From Brevinema andersonii (lineage in GTDB: Bacteria > Spirochaetota > DYKD01), in the NCBI GenBank assembly GCA_020722765.1, contig DYKD01000005.1, forward strand, positions 6,327-70,326: a DNA stretch of 64,000 bases, written 5' to 3'. The position numbers and the translations under genes are program-made. Under the pieces are notes generated by a model. The model did not search any database and was not told where the DNA came from. It saw only the letters and a program-made list of their open reading frames with translations. The first letter of the stretch is position 1. Every line of letters starts with the position of its first letter. This document shows, in pieces, positions 27,895 through 39,800 of the stretch.

Positions 27895-29232
27895 ATGAAG
27901 AATTTTTTATTATTGACATTTTTTTATCTTGGTTTTTTCAGTGTTGTGCATGCCAGTTTTGATTATTTAGGCCGTTATCCTGCCAGTGATTCCCTTGCAG
28001 GCGCTTATGTTGCTGGGGACGGTGTGGAATCCATCAACTTCAACGTTGCTGGTTTAGCTTCTGATTTTAAGAATGGTTTTTCTTTCAGATATATGGGCTT
28101 GAAGCAGGATGTTGTGTCAAAACAGGTTTCAGTTATTGGGGGAAGTCTCTTTTTTACTTCAGCCTCAGGTGTTTCTACAGGCCTTTTTATGGATTTTTTC
28201 GATGTTGCTTCAATCTATAGGGAATATTTTTTCAGTATCCCTTTCGTCTATTCTCATGCCGCTCATAAAGGGAATTCTATCAGCTACGTCGCTTTAGGTG
28301 TTGCGCTAAAAATGTTCTCGTGGTCTTCTGTTTCGGATGGGAGTGAGAAACTTTCCATACGGCCGACAGTCAATGCGGATATTGGGTTGCGTTTAGGTGT
28401 GCTTGAGACTTTCTTTTGGGGAGTTTCTGTCCGTAACCTCTTGCCTGTAACTGTTTCTCTTGATCTCAATACCTCTGCTGAAAAGATGGCACCAGAATTG
28501 ACTTCAGGATTTCTTTTCCCGTTTGTCGTCTCTCAGAGTCTTGTAGATAAAATTTCCTGGTATCTTGATTTTTCGCGGCAGTTCCAATTTGCCGAGTATT
28601 CTTCCAAGATGAGATATGCTTCTGGTATGGAGTTCAGTATGGGGAACAGCCTGTTCAAAATAAGGGGAGGCTTGGCTATTGATGACCCAGATGACGAAGC
28701 ATTTGTCTTTAAGCCTGCATTTGGTTTTGGTATCGGAGTGGGGAAAGCCTCATCGTATGAAATGGATTTAAGTTACAGGACTTCGTATGCTTCGCAATTC
28801 GGTTTTTTTAATTTTTCCGTCAAGATAGGATTTTTAGGGAAGCCTCATACATCTGAATACTCTGATGTTGGCACTGGACCATCCGCTGACAGGACTGAAC
28901 AACCAGCAGATGATATTGCTGCTGAAACTCCTATTGTCACTACAATCGAAAAAGAGAAGCCTGATAAAAACAAGATCCGTTTTTCCATGCCATCAGGAGA
29001 GTATGAAAATCCGTTTATCCTGGAGATGACCCCGCAACTAGAATGTATGTTATATCTTACTATGGATGGATCTGACCCGGATTTGGATTCTTACAAGGTT
29101 CAGTTTACGGGAAAACCCATAAAAATCAAGATTAAGAAATCGACTGTATTGAAAATACTTGTTGTTACTCCAGGCATAGAAAATGATACAATCTATACAA
29201 AGTCGTATTCTTTACTGGATGAAGGGAGTTGA
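27895..29232 (+). CDS. outer-membrane beta-barrel protein, FadL/PorV/PorQ-like (paralog b) with extra C-terminal Ig/FN3-like domain
   Basis: Signal peptide. 'ASDSLAGAYVAGDGVESINFNVAGLA' N-terminal signature. About 300-aa barrel, then an acidic linker and a 110-aa beta-sandwich tail. Directly downstream of cargo genes. Confidence 0.55.
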   Translation: MKNFLLLTFFYLGFFSVVHASFDYLGRYPASDSLAGAYVAGDGVESINFNVAGLASDFKNGFSFRYMGLKQDVVSKQVSVIGGSLFFTSASGVSTGLFMDFFDVASIYREYFFSIPFVYSHAAHKGNSISYVALGVALKMFSWSSVSDGSEKLSIRPTVNADIGLRLGVLETFFWGVSVRNLLPVTVSLDLNTSAEKMAPELTSGFLFPFVVSQSLVDKISWYLDFSRQFQFAEYSSKMRYASGMEFSMGNSLFKIRGGLAIDDPDDEAFVFKPAFGFGIGVGKASSYEMDLSYRTSYASQFGFFNFSVKIGFLGKPHTSEYSDVGTGPSADRTEQPADDIAAETPIVTTIEKEKPDKNKIRFSMPSGEYENPFILEMTPQLECMLYLTMDGSDPDLDSYKVQFTGKPIKIKIKKSTVLKILVVTPGIENDTIYTKSYSLLDEGS

Positions 29233-29237
29233 TTAAC

Positions 29238-32200
29238 ATGAAACAGTTGGTGTATTCGGTTTTAATGTTTATTTTATTGACGACAGTTGTCATATCTGCG
29301 GCTACTTTCCCTTTCCCTCAATCGAAAACTTATCCTTATGGGATTAAACCTAACAATTATACTGCCAGCCAGATGAGTAATCATATTAAAAATAATTTTG
29401 ATACTTGGAGGAGTACATATCTTGTTACAGATGCGTGTATGGATCCGGCTACAAAGAGGGTGAAGCGTCCATGGAATTCAGATGATACAGTATCCGAGGG
29501 GATTGGCTATGGAATGCTGATTTTGGTTTATATGGATAATCCAATAAATAATACACAATCTGATTTTGATGCTGTTTTTGGTTATTATGAAGATCATTTA
29601 GACGCTAATGGTTTGATGAATTGGCAGATTGGTTCTGATTGCAGTACTGTAGGAGCTAATGCTGCAACAGATGCTGATGAAGATGTTGTGCTTGCATTGC
29701 TCATGGCTCACAAACAGTGGGGAAGCTCCGGAACAGTTAACTATCTCTCAAAAGCTACAAATCTCATATCCAAATTGATGGCATCTTGTGTTGAAAAACC
29801 CACTTATTATCTGAAACCTGGGGATGTTTGGGGAGGTAGTGATTATCAGAATCCGTCCTATTGGTCACCAGCTTGGAATAAACTTTTTGGTCAAGTGAAG
29901 GGAGACTCTTCCTGGGATACAGTCACAACAAAATCATATCAAGTGCTTCGGTATTTTTATAATAATTACACTACAGGACTTGCCCCTGACTGGTGTAAAG
30001 CGGATGGCAGTAATTCGGGGTATTCTTATGACTACAAATATGATGCTTGTCGAATGCCATGGCGAATTGGTTTAGATTATCTTTGGAACGGGACAGCGCA
30101 GAGTGGGTTGGCATACAGCAACACCAAAAGGGTTGCCTCGTGGATTAATAGTTCTGTAGGAGGGAATGCGGCCAATATCGGTGATGCTTATAATTTGAGT
30201 GGCTCTAAGCTGAACGCTAATCACAACGCCAGTTTTGTCGGCCCTTTTGGTGTGGCTGCCATGTCTGATTCTTCCTTGCAGACTTGGTGTAATTCGTTAT
30301 ATGAGGAATTGCGTTCCTTGGCTATGGATGGGGGGTATTACAATGATTCCCTCAAGATACTCACAATGTTGGTCATGTCTGGTAATTTCCCTAATTTTTG
30401 GAGTGCTGGTGCTGTCAGTCCAGGCATGGATATTGTGAGTGCTTCTGTTTCACCAGTTTCTTTCACGAACAACGCAGCACGTCTCATTACAATGTATATG
30501 ACAGTTGTCGATTCAAACGGATCTATTGCCAATGTTAAAGCGGATTTGTCCCAACTTGGGGGTAGTTCAGTTTTCCCTCTTACGAATCAAGGGGGAAATA
30601 ATTGGAAAGGCTCTTATACGGTTGCGTCTGGTGTCTCTACAGGTACGAAGAATATCCTGATCACTGCCACTGACTCTTCAAACAATACACTCTCCTCGAA
30701 TGTTATCATACAAGTTTATGCCATCCCATCTACACAAACCAACATATATATGGATGCAGGGGGATTGGCTCTCCCGTCAGGCTCTCTGACTGCCTGGGGA
30801 ATTTCGGAGACAAGCGGGGCTGACGCCTATGAGGGTACCAAGTATCTCACAAAAAGTTATTCTGTTTCTGGAAGCTGGGATGGATTTGGTCTTAGCGTGA
30901 ACAATTGGGGCGGAGATGGAACTGGTTATGATTTCTCTAACTATGATTTCTTAGAACTCAGTTATAAAATGACTGGATTGGCAGGACTGTATCTGAAACT
31001 GGCTGATGCGGACCAGAATACGAATCATGTAGCCCGAGGAATGAATAGCAGCAAGATTTTCATCGGTTATTCGAATTCTTCCTATAAAACAGTGCGCATT
31101 CCTATTCAATCTTTCTTGGCTCCGGGGCTTTGGGGAGTCTCTGATGTCCGAGCTTTTGAAGTTGACTTGAGTGGACTGGATAGCGCTTCAGGCACATTGC
31201 TTTTGGATGGCATTCGTCTTTTCAAGGGGAAAGAATCTGTCGTAACATCCAGCCAAAAAAGAATTGTCTGTATTGGAGACGATATCACTGTTGCAGATGC
31301 CGGTTCAACGGGTAATGCCAGTTATCGTTATTATCTATGGAATATGCTTACGAATAATGGTTATAAAAATATTGATTTTGTCGGTTCGCACAAAGGGGTT
31401 TATGCGTCTTCGGTTTTAGGCCCATCTGCGAATGGATTAGGGACTCCTTTGAACACGGCTTTTGATCAGGATAGTGAAGGTTGGTGGGGTTTTAAGGCTG
31501 ATGAATTGGCTAATGCCATCCCTGCTCTCATGTCTTCCTACTTCCCTGATATCGCTCTTGTCCATGCTGGCCATAATGATCTGTTGGCAGGGCAGACTGT
31601 GGCATCAACAACCAATGATATGGCAAAATTGATAGATGGCTTGCGCATAAAGAATTCAAATATCACGATTATTCTTGGTCAGGTCATCATGCCTTCCTCT
31701 GATCCTGGTTCTTTGTTTGCCAACTATAGGACAGCGTTGAGCAGTCTGGCATCACAGAAAAATCGAACATCTTCACCTGTGATAATTTACGATATCAATA
31801 CTCACATGCAGGCTTCTCATCTGTATGATACTTTCAGACCGAACAATGAGGGACAAAAAGTCATGGCAACAAACTGGTATAATGCACTGATCCAGGTCTT
31901 GCCGGGTTCTAGGATGTCGATATCCAGTTTTGCAGTAACGCCCAATGTATTGACGAATAATACCTCTAAAGATATTGGTTTTACTGCTGTTGTAATTGAT
32001 TCTAACGGATCTATTACAGGCGTTTCTCTGAATCTATCAGAGTTGGGAGGTCCTGCTGCTTTGGCCATGACGAATGCTGGCGGGAATCATTGGGGCGCGA
32101 AATATACGTTACCAGCTTGGTCGTCAGCAGGTATCTGGAATATATCGCTTCAAGCCACGGACAATGATTCCTTTAAAAAAACCGCATCAACAACAATTGA

Positions 32201-34682
32201 TATAAGGGATGGGAACGGGATTTCTTTGACTTCTTTGAATGTCTCTCCTGTAACAATTACCAATAACCTTGCTCGTGTCATCACGCTATCAGCTGTTGCA
32301 ACTGATTCAAACGGTACAATTTCGGGAGTAACTGCAAATTTAGCAGCTCTTGGTGGTGGAACAGCGTTCCCTCTCACGAATCAAGGGGGAGGTATTTGGA
32401 TAGGTTCTTACACTGTTCCGCAATGGACATCTTCTGGTATCAAGACTTTGCAGTTGAAGGCTATTGATAACACTGCCCATTCCAGAAGCAATACGGTGAA
32501 TCTTACAATTGTAGATGGGCATGTCGGAATATCCCTCACTTCCCTTTCCATTGCACCCTCATCTTTTTCCAATAATCTAAGCCGGACCATAACACTGACA
32601 GCAGTCGCTACAGATACCAACGGAAGCATCACGGGTGTGACAGCAAACCTTTCGCCAGTAGGTGGTTCCACAGCGTTCCCACTCACAAACCAAGGAAGTG
32701 GGAATTGGAAAGGATCCTATACGGTCCCACAATGGACTTCTGTTGGAGTGAAGACGATTTATGTCAAAGCTATGGATAATGTAAACCATGTAGTAAGTAA
32801 CTCAAGTACTGTGACAGTTTTAGACGGACGGGAAGGAGTCTTTCTCGGATCTTTGGCAGTGACTCCATCCGCAATAACAAATAATATTTCCAGGATCATA
32901 ACGTTGACAGCAGTCGCTACAGATACCAACGGAATCATCACGGAAGTGACAGCAAACCTTTCACCAGCAGGAGGCTCTACAGTATTCCCGCTCACAAACC
33001 AAGGGAGTGGGAATTGGAGAGGATCTTATACGGTTTCTGCCGGTGTGGCAACGGGAACCAAAAATATCGTGATAAAGGCAACTGATAATTCGGGAAACAG
33101 TATTAGCAATCAGATTAATCTGGATGTATTAAGCACAACTCCTATTGGTATCAGTTTGACGGGATTATCCATAACTCCCTCGTACATATCAAACAATAAA
33201 AATACACTGATCACGCTTTCTGCTGTTGCGTCTGATTCAAATGGTACGATTACGAGTGTGACTGTCGATTTGTCCGTTTTGGGAGGAAGTGCTGCCTTTT
33301 CTCTTATCGATAAAGGTGGTAATGTTTGGTCTAATTCTTTTTCTGTGTCAGCAGGTGTATCTTCTGGAACAAACTTGATCCAATTTACAGCTACGGATAG
33401 TTCGAATTTTCAAAGGAGTGGTTCAGCTTCTATTGTTGTATATGATGCTTTAATCGGCATATCCCTTACCTCGCTTTCTATTGCCCCTTCATCTTTTTCC
33501 AATAATCTAAGTCGGGTTATAACGTTGACAGCAGTCGCTACAGATTCCAATGGAAGCATCACGGGTGTGACAGCAAACCTTTCACCAGTAGGTGGTTCCA
33601 CAGCGTTCCCACTCACAAACCAAGGAAGTGGGAATTGGAAAGGATCCTATACGGTCCCACAATGGACTTCTGTTGGAGTGAAGACGATTTATGTCAAAGC
33701 TATGGATAATGTAAACCATGTAGTAAGTAACTCAAGTACTGTGACAGTTTTAGACGGACGGGAAGGAGTCTTTCTCGGATCTTTGGCAGTGACTCCATCC
33801 GCAATAACAAATAATATTTCCAGGATCATCACAATGACAGCAGTCGCTTCAGATTCCAATGGAAGCGTCACTGGTGTGACAGCAAACCTTTCACCAGTAG
33901 GAGGCTCTACAGTATTTCCACTCACAAACCAAGGAAGTGGGAATTGGAAAGGATCCTATACAGTTGCTGCGGGTGTCGGAACCGGAACTAAAAACATTAT
34001 GATAAAGGCCATTGATAATTCCGGAAACAGCATTAGCAATCAGATTAATCTGAATGTATTAAGTACGGCTCCTATTGGTATCTGTTTGACAGGATTATCC
34101 ATCTCTCCCTCATTTATATCAAACAATAAAAATACTCTTATCACACTTTCTGCTGTTGCGTCTGATTCAAATGGTACGATTACGAGTGTGACTGTCGATT
34201 TGTCCGTTTTGGGAGGAAGTGCTGCCTATCCTCTTATAGATAAAGGTGGGAATGTTTGGTCCTCGACTTATACTGTTCCTTCAGATGTTTTGATTGGTGT
34301 AAAAAATATTTATTTTAGAGCGGTTGATAATAGTTCGCATTCTTTGACCAAAGCGATCGTTTTTGTTGTTTACGAAGGGATTCTCTCATCAGAGTTAAAT
34401 GACGTTTGGTCTCAAAATCCAGTTCGATTTGGGGATTCCCCTGAAAGTGTTAAATCGATTTCATTGAATGTCACCGCTGATTATGATGAGGTGCGTTTAT
34501 CTATATTCGATTTAGATGGTAATTTGCAGTATCAAGAAGTGATTGAAGGATCGGTCCAGAAGAAATTTACATGGGATGGTCTCAGGAGTGATGGGAAAAT
34601 GGTTAACATTGGTCCTTATATTTGGTATGTCTATGGAGATGGGCGTCAGATTCTCAAGGGCATTCTGGTTGTAATCAGATGA
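29238..34682 (+). CDS. giant secreted protein: GH8 catalytic domain + CE2-like (beta-sandwich + SGNH) esterase cassette + array of about 9 Ig-like domains + T9SS type-A CTD
   Basis: GH8 signature 'ATDADEDVVLALLMAHKQWG'. SGNH block 'IVCIGDDIT...HAGHNDL'. About 100-aa repeats 'SLT.L.I.PS.F.NN...ITL.AVATD.NG.I.GV.A.LS..GG...F.L'. C-terminus '...IFDLDGNLQYQEV...FTWDGLRSDGKMVNIGPYIWYV'. ATG 29238 preferred over TTG 29229. Confidence 0.7.
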   Translation: MKQLVYSVLMFILLTTVVISAATFPFPQSKTYPYGIKPNNYTASQMSNHIKNNFDTWRSTYLVTDACMDPATKRVKRPWNSDDTVSEGIGYGMLILVYMDNPINNTQSDFDAVFGYYEDHLDANGLMNWQIGSDCSTVGANAATDADEDVVLALLMAHKQWGSSGTVNYLSKATNLISKLMASCVEKPTYYLKPGDVWGGSDYQNPSYWSPAWNKLFGQVKGDSSWDTVTTKSYQVLRYFYNNYTTGLAPDWCKADGSNSGYSYDYKYDACRMPWRIGLDYLWNGTAQSGLAYSNTKRVASWINSSVGGNAANIGDAYNLSGSKLNANHNASFVGPFGVAAMSDSSLQTWCNSLYEELRSLAMDGGYYNDSLKILTMLVMSGNFPNFWSAGAVSPGMDIVSASVSPVSFTNNAARLITMYMTVVDSNGSIANVKADLSQLGGSSVFPLTNQGGNNWKGSYTVASGVSTGTKNILITATDSSNNTLSSNVIIQVYAIPSTQTNIYMDAGGLALPSGSLTAWGISETSGADAYEGTKYLTKSYSVSGSWDGFGLSVNNWGGDGTGYDFSNYDFLELSYKMTGLAGLYLKLADADQNTNHVARGMNSSKIFIGYSNSSYKTVRIPIQSFLAPGLWGVSDVRAFEVDLSGLDSASGTLLLDGIRLFKGKESVVTSSQKRIVCIGDDITVADAGSTGNASYRYYLWNMLTNNGYKNIDFVGSHKGVYASSVLGPSANGLGTPLNTAFDQDSEGWWGFKADELANAIPALMSSYFPDIALVHAGHNDLLAGQTVASTTNDMAKLIDGLRIKNSNITIILGQVIMPSSDPGSLFANYRTALSSLASQKNRTSSPVIIYDINTHMQASHLYDTFRPNNEGQKVMATNWYNALIQVLPGSRMSISSFAVTPNVLTNNTSKDIGFTAVVIDSNGSITGVSLNLSELGGPAALAMTNAGGNHWGAKYTLPAWSSAGIWNISLQATDNDSFKKTASTTIDIRDGNGISLTSLNVSPVTITNNLARVITLSAVATDSNGTISGVTANLAALGGGTAFPLTNQGGGIWIGSYTVPQWTSSGIKTLQLKAIDNTAHSRSNTVNLTIVDGHVGISLTSLSIAPSSFSNNLSRTITLTAVATDTNGSITGVTANLSPVGGSTAFPLTNQGSGNWKGSYTVPQWTSVGVKTIYVKAMDNVNHVVSNSSTVTVLDGREGVFLGSLAVTPSAITNNISRIITLTAVATDTNGIITEVTANLSPAGGSTVFPLTNQGSGNWRGSYTVSAGVATGTKNIVIKATDNSGNSISNQINLDVLSTTPIGISLTGLSITPSYISNNKNTLITLSAVASDSNGTITSVTVDLSVLGGSAAFSLIDKGGNVWSNSFSVSAGVSSGTNLIQFTATDSSNFQRSGSASIVVYDALIGISLTSLSIAPSSFSNNLSRVITLTAVATDSNGSITGVTANLSPVGGSTAFPLTNQGSGNWKGSYTVPQWTSVGVKTIYVKAMDNVNHVVSNSSTVTVLDGREGVFLGSLAVTPSAITNNISRIITMTAVASDSNGSVTGVTANLSPVGGSTVFPLTNQGSGNWKGSYTVAAGVGTGTKNIMIKAIDNSGNSISNQINLNVLSTAPIGICLTGLSISPSFISNNKNTLITLSAVASDSNGTITSVTVDLSVLGGSAAYPLIDKGGNVWSSTYTVPSDVLIGVKNIYFRAVDNSSHSLTKAIVFVVYEGILSSELNDVWSQNPVRFGDSPESVKSISLNVTADYDEVRLSIFDLDGNLQYQEVIEGSVQKKFTWDGLRSDGKMVNIGPYIWYVYGDGRQILKGILVVIR
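32521..34380 (+). repeat. intragenic tandem duplication: two 930-bp units (32521-33450 and 33451-34380), three Ig-like domains each
   Basis: Offset 930 bp. A 245-bp block is identical (32655-32899 = 33585-33829). Flanks are highly similar with scattered substitutions. Produces near-identical antisense ORFs in the six-frame track (32759-32995 vs 33689-33925). Confidence 0.9.
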
Positions 34683-34714
34683 TGACACGGACTGTAACTC
34701 ATCCGGAGGGATAT

Positions 34715-36784
34715 ATGACCTTACGATTAAAGGCGCATGTTTTTCTTTTCTCCTGTTTTTTTGTCTTTCTGTTCTCTTTTAGCCTGTTTGCCCAGTTAAA
34801 AGAAGCGTCAATGTTCAGCTTTGAAAGAGGCTTGAATGGATTTGATGTCTCTAAATATAATGATGCGGGATCTGGTCAGAAAATTTTCATTAACACGAAT
34901 AAGAAATTTGTTTTTTCTGGAAAACAATCCTTGGGTGTGCAACTCGATTTGGTAGGAACGAAAAAGGAACAGAGATTTATTGCCTCGGCTATTCTTGGAG
35001 AAAGGACATGGTATGCCAAGACCCTTTCCATAAAAGTCTGGTTGCCTGAAGAGATGAAGGGGAGCCGGTTTCTCGTCTTTTTTCAGTCGGCTTGGTGGGC
35101 GAATTGGGCTCAAACGAAAGATTATAATTTGAATCCTGGATGGAACACAATCAAGATTGACCTGGTTTCTATGAGCGATATCCGCAAAGGGATTGCAGGA
35201 AAAGATTATACGCCTCCGAATGATCCGGCTCGTTTTGTGGATGAGGATGGGAATGTTAACAGATTCAGGTTCAAGATTGATTTCAACAAGATGAGTACCC
35301 TTGGTTTTACCATCCTTTATACGCCGGACAGAAATGTGAAAACGACTTATTATATTGATGAAGTTACATTCACTTATGATCCGAAGGATGAGAAAATTTT
35401 CAAATTGGCCAATACAGTTGCTAAAAAATGGGAAAAAACATCTGTTTCTCTTAATGCGGGATTATATGGAGGAATCGTTAATAAGAATGTAATGGCTTTT
35501 AATTTGGATTCCATAGGGTTAAGTGATGATTTTCTAAAGAAAAAACTTAAGGATGCCGGGACTGGATTGGTCAGGACATGGGCTTTTGGTGGGTATGATC
35601 AACAGATGACCCTTGTGAATCCTAAGGAAGGTGTTTATCATTGGGAGGATTGGGATAAACTTATCAAAGCAATTTATGACGCGGGTTGGGAACCATTGAT
35701 AACACTTGGGGAGTGCCCCGCTTGGAATGGAAAGCCTAAAGGGCCACCTTTGGATTATGAAAAATGGGCGGATATGGCAGCTGCCTTTGTCCAACATTTC
35801 AATAAGGATCTTGGATATAATATAAAATACTGGGAAATTTGGAACGAGCCGGAATATTTCTGGCTTGGATCTGAAAAGGAATACAACAAGTTAGTAGCTA
35901 TTGCTGCCCCGAAGATGAAACAGGTTGATCCGAAAATTAAAATCATGGCTGGCGCATGGGCAAACCCTAACAATATCCGTGTCCGGCTTCCCAGACTTCT
36001 CGATTCTGTCGATTTGAATGCTATTGATCTTATCTCCTATCATCACTATCTGACATGGCCAGGCACTTCAGACCATGATGTCATGCAGATGACGGATGAT
36101 TTTGAGTACCCTCCTGTAATGGCACGGGAAATCTTTAAAGCTATGGGAATAAAGAAAAAACTTGATGTTATGATGACAGAAGCGAATGTGCAGGCTTCTG
36201 GGAACTGGGATCCCAGGATTTTAACGGTTTTTTGGCCTGTGTATTGGGCTTCGAGCTTGACGAAATTTATCAGGCAAAATGTACCGAGTGCTGTTTATTT
36301 CACTTTTTCCGGAACTCTTTTCGGTGCTGTAGAGGATGATATCCGTCCTATTTATAATCTTTGGCCTTTGTTGCAGAAAAAAGCGCGTATCCTGGGAAAA
36401 CGTTGGGTTTACTCCAAGTCTGATTCAGCATGGTTGGAAACTATGGGATTTATCGATGCCAACCATTTTTCCATCATGGTTGTCAATAAGAATACCGAAG
36501 GAAACGGTTATGAAACAGATATAAAGGTGAAAGGGATGCCTCTCACCTCGGCCTTGAAAGTGTGGCAGCTGAGTGATTCAAATGACGGGACACAGTCTGT
36601 TGGCAGTGTCAAAGTTATTGACGGAAAGTTCTATTACAAATTCCCCCCTTATTCGGTTACAGTGTTTGAAGGAGATTTGTCCTCGTCTTTTGACCTAAGC
36701 CTTCAGAAAAAATTTCAGTATAAGCCCAAAGGGACTAAAACTGAAATTAAGACAGGGCAAGATGGGGTGAAGTTCACACAATGA
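34715..36784 (+). CDS. clan GH-A glycoside hydrolase (GH39/GH5-like), secreted (paralog b)
   Basis: 'YWEIWNEPEYFW', 'IMAGAWANPNN', 'DLISYHHY'. Collinear with the 24475 paralog but lacks the CBM9 tail. ATG 34715 with GGAGGG RBS and signal peptide. Confidence 0.65.
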   Translation: MTLRLKAHVFLFSCFFVFLFSFSLFAQLKEASMFSFERGLNGFDVSKYNDAGSGQKIFINTNKKFVFSGKQSLGVQLDLVGTKKEQRFIASAILGERTWYAKTLSIKVWLPEEMKGSRFLVFFQSAWWANWAQTKDYNLNPGWNTIKIDLVSMSDIRKGIAGKDYTPPNDPARFVDEDGNVNRFRFKIDFNKMSTLGFTILYTPDRNVKTTYYIDEVTFTYDPKDEKIFKLANTVAKKWEKTSVSLNAGLYGGIVNKNVMAFNLDSIGLSDDFLKKKLKDAGTGLVRTWAFGGYDQQMTLVNPKEGVYHWEDWDKLIKAIYDAGWEPLITLGECPAWNGKPKGPPLDYEKWADMAAAFVQHFNKDLGYNIKYWEIWNEPEYFWLGSEKEYNKLVAIAAPKMKQVDPKIKIMAGAWANPNNIRVRLPRLLDSVDLNAIDLISYHHYLTWPGTSDHDVMQMTDDFEYPPVMAREIFKAMGIKKKLDVMMTEANVQASGNWDPRILTVFWPVYWASSLTKFIRQNVPSAVYFTFSGTLFGAVEDDIRPIYNLWPLLQKKARILGKRWVYSKSDSAWLETMGFIDANHFSIMVVNKNTEGNGYETDIKVKGMPLTSALKVWQLSDSNDGTQSVGSVKVIDGKFYYKFPPYSVTVFEGDLSSSFDLSLQKKFQYKPKGTKTEIKTGQDGVKFTQ

Positions 36785-36827
36785 CAAGATTTAAAGAAAA
36801 AAAATAAAATTATTTTTGGAGGTTCCC

Positions 36828-39800
36828 ATGAAGAAGATTTGGATGTTGGTCTTGTCCTTTTTTCTTGCTATGGCTGTCAATTCTGAGGCAGCACTCACTT
36901 ACACTGATGTTTATACTGATGCTGGAGGTTGGGCGAACCCTTCTGGATCGCTCTATGGATGGGGGTATGCTGAAGTTGATGGCGAAGGTGTTGGTGGGAG
37001 TAAATGTATAAAATCCAATTATCATGTTACCAGTTGGTATGATGGTGGTGCGATAAATATTAATAATTGGGGCGGTGATGGTACGGGTAAAAATCTCAAT
37101 GAATATGATTTTATTGAAGTGAGTTATAAGATAACCGGTCCTGCCACTCTTCTTATGTTTTTCATGGATGCAGATGGTGTCGCTGCTCACATGGCCGGAG
37201 GGATTGATACGAGTACAACAAGTGGTGGTATAGTTGTGGGTTATTCGAATGGCGCTCAAACAACATATAAGACTGTCAGAATCCCTATACAGGCTTTTAC
37301 TGGACCTGGCAGCTATGGAATTGATGATGTTAAGAATATAGCTTTTAATTTGAGTGGAGTTGAATCAGGGAGTGGGACAGTCTGGATTGACAATATCCGT
37401 GTTGCCAAAGGAACAGAAGATTTTGAGACATCTACCAATACCCGTATTTGCATCATAGGGGATTCAATAACTGAATCCAGAGAAGGAACTGAAGGGTGCA
37501 AAAGTTTCAGATATAATCTTTGGCAGAAGCTTACAAATTCCGGGTATAAGAAAATAGATTTTGTCGGTGTTCATAAAGGTGTATATACGAGTAGAACTGA
37601 TTGGATGGGTTACACTGGACACGGACAAGGGATTCCCTGTCAAACTGATTATGATCAGGATAGTGAAGGTTGGTGGGGATTTCCTGTTGATTACTTGGGC
37701 AATGCCTTGCCAGCTCATATGACTTTTTATACCCCGGATATTGCCATGATACATTTAGGGCATAATGATCTTTACTGGCAAATGATTTTGAAAGGTCAGA
37801 CAGCAGCAGAAGCTATAGCCATGACCACAAATGAATTGAGATATATGGTCCGAAATCTTAGGTTGAAAAATCCAAACGTCAAGGTCGTTATAGGTCAAGT
37901 GATTCGGATGTCATCAGGGAATGAGAATCTTGACACTTATCGCGCATTAATTCCAATTCTTGCCAAGGCTCTCAGTAATGCCGCATCCCCTGTCATCAGT
38001 TGGGATTTTAATTCTGGAATGGATCCAACATTCCTTTATGATGGAACACATCCAAATCCGACTGGTGAACAGACCATGGCAACCAATTACTATAATGCAC
38101 TTGTAAGGCTATTGCCCCCATTGCCTTCCACAGGCATTGGAATCTCTGCTGTTTCTGTTTCTCCTTCATCTTTTACAAACACTGCAGCACATCTCATCAC
38201 TCTTAATGCAACAGCTGTAGATTCCAATGGGAGTATAACAGGAGTGACTGCTGACCTCTCTTCTGTAGGTGGTTCTGCTACTTATGCTTTGTCTTCTGCT
38301 AATGGGACTAACTGGAGTGCCACATATAATGTCGCTTCCGGTATTTCACATGGTGTAAAAACTATAACGTTTAAGGCTACTGATAATTCAGGAAATACAA
38401 GGTCGTTATCAACTTCCATCACTGTTTATCCGCCTCCAGGGACATTGGATGAGACTCTTGTTTATGTTGATGCAGGTGGTCTGGTGGGAGCTAATTTTTG
38501 GGGAGCCACAGAAGTCACAACGGGAGGTCCTATTGAAGGAACAAAACATCTTTACAAATCTTATAATGTGACAACATATTGGGATGGATTTGGTTTGTGT
38601 GTGAATGGTTGGGCAGCTGGACCAACTGCAGGGATTGACTTTTCACAATATGATTTCCTCGAAATCAGCTACAAGCTTTCCGGTCCTGCAGGATTGTATC
38701 TCGCGCTGGCAGATGCTTACACAAATGGCGGACAACGGACTGCTGGTGGTGCCTCAACAGCTGGGAAAATTTATGTCGGTTATTCCAACTCCTCATATAA
38801 AACTGTAAGAATCCCTATAAACGCTTTCAAATGGAACAGTTCACCAGCTGGCGTGACAAATGTCCAACAAATCTTGATCTCATTGAGCGGACTTTCGAAT
38901 GCTACAGGTGAAGTGTATGTGGATAATATAAAACTATTAAAAGGTTCTGAGGCTTTTACAACCTCGTCCAATACCCGTATAGTATGTATTGGTGATTCTA
39001 TTACGGAAGGAATAGAAGGTACTCCTGGAACCGTCAGTTACAGACGTACCTTGTGGCATCTGATTACAAACAATGGTTTTAAAACAGTTGACTTTGTTGG
39101 CTCTTTGAATGGCTGCTGGCCTTTAAGCCCTCCGAATAATGGTCCGGCCATGCATGGAACGGGAACTCCTGACTTTGTAGATTATGATATGGATCATGAA
39201 GGCTGGGTAGGTTATCCAGCCGAATATCTGGCAAATGCCATTTCTGCTCACATGAATTCATATACTCCAGATATCGCCCTCATACACTTGGGGCATAATG
39301 ATGAAATGGGATGGCATGATTCTGTTGATAGCACAACCAACGATATTGCAAAATTAGTGGATAACCTGCGGTTTAAGAATCCGAATATAAAGATTGTGCT
39401 TGGTCAGATTATTCTTCCCTCCAGTGACCCATCGGGCTGGTATGCAGATTATCGGGCTCGTCTTGCCTCTTTGGCAACTCGCTTAAATACTGCTGGTTCG
39501 CCTGTCATTGCCTGGGATATCAACACGCACATGGGTACTGCAGGTGAAAATCTGCATGACGGAACGCATCCTAGTGTAGAAGGTGAGAATATCATGGCTA
39601 CAAATTTTTACAATGCTTTGCTTACATGGCTTCCTGCACCTGCAGGTTCTGGTCTCTCCCTATCGTCAGTCACAGTGACACCATCGAGCATTTCCAATAA
39701 TCAGGCGCATGTAATCACTTTGAATGCCACAGCCATTGATTCTAATGGGAGTATAACAGGAGTGGTTGCAAACCTCTCGTCTGTTGGTGGGTCAACATCT

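Noticed and set aside
32408-33925. Pairs of near-identical 68-92-aa minus-strand ORFs (32408-32686 / 33410-33616, 32759-32995 / 33689-33925)
   Set aside because: They are by-products of the 930-bp intragenic duplication in the plus-strand giant gene, not a repeated small-gene family.
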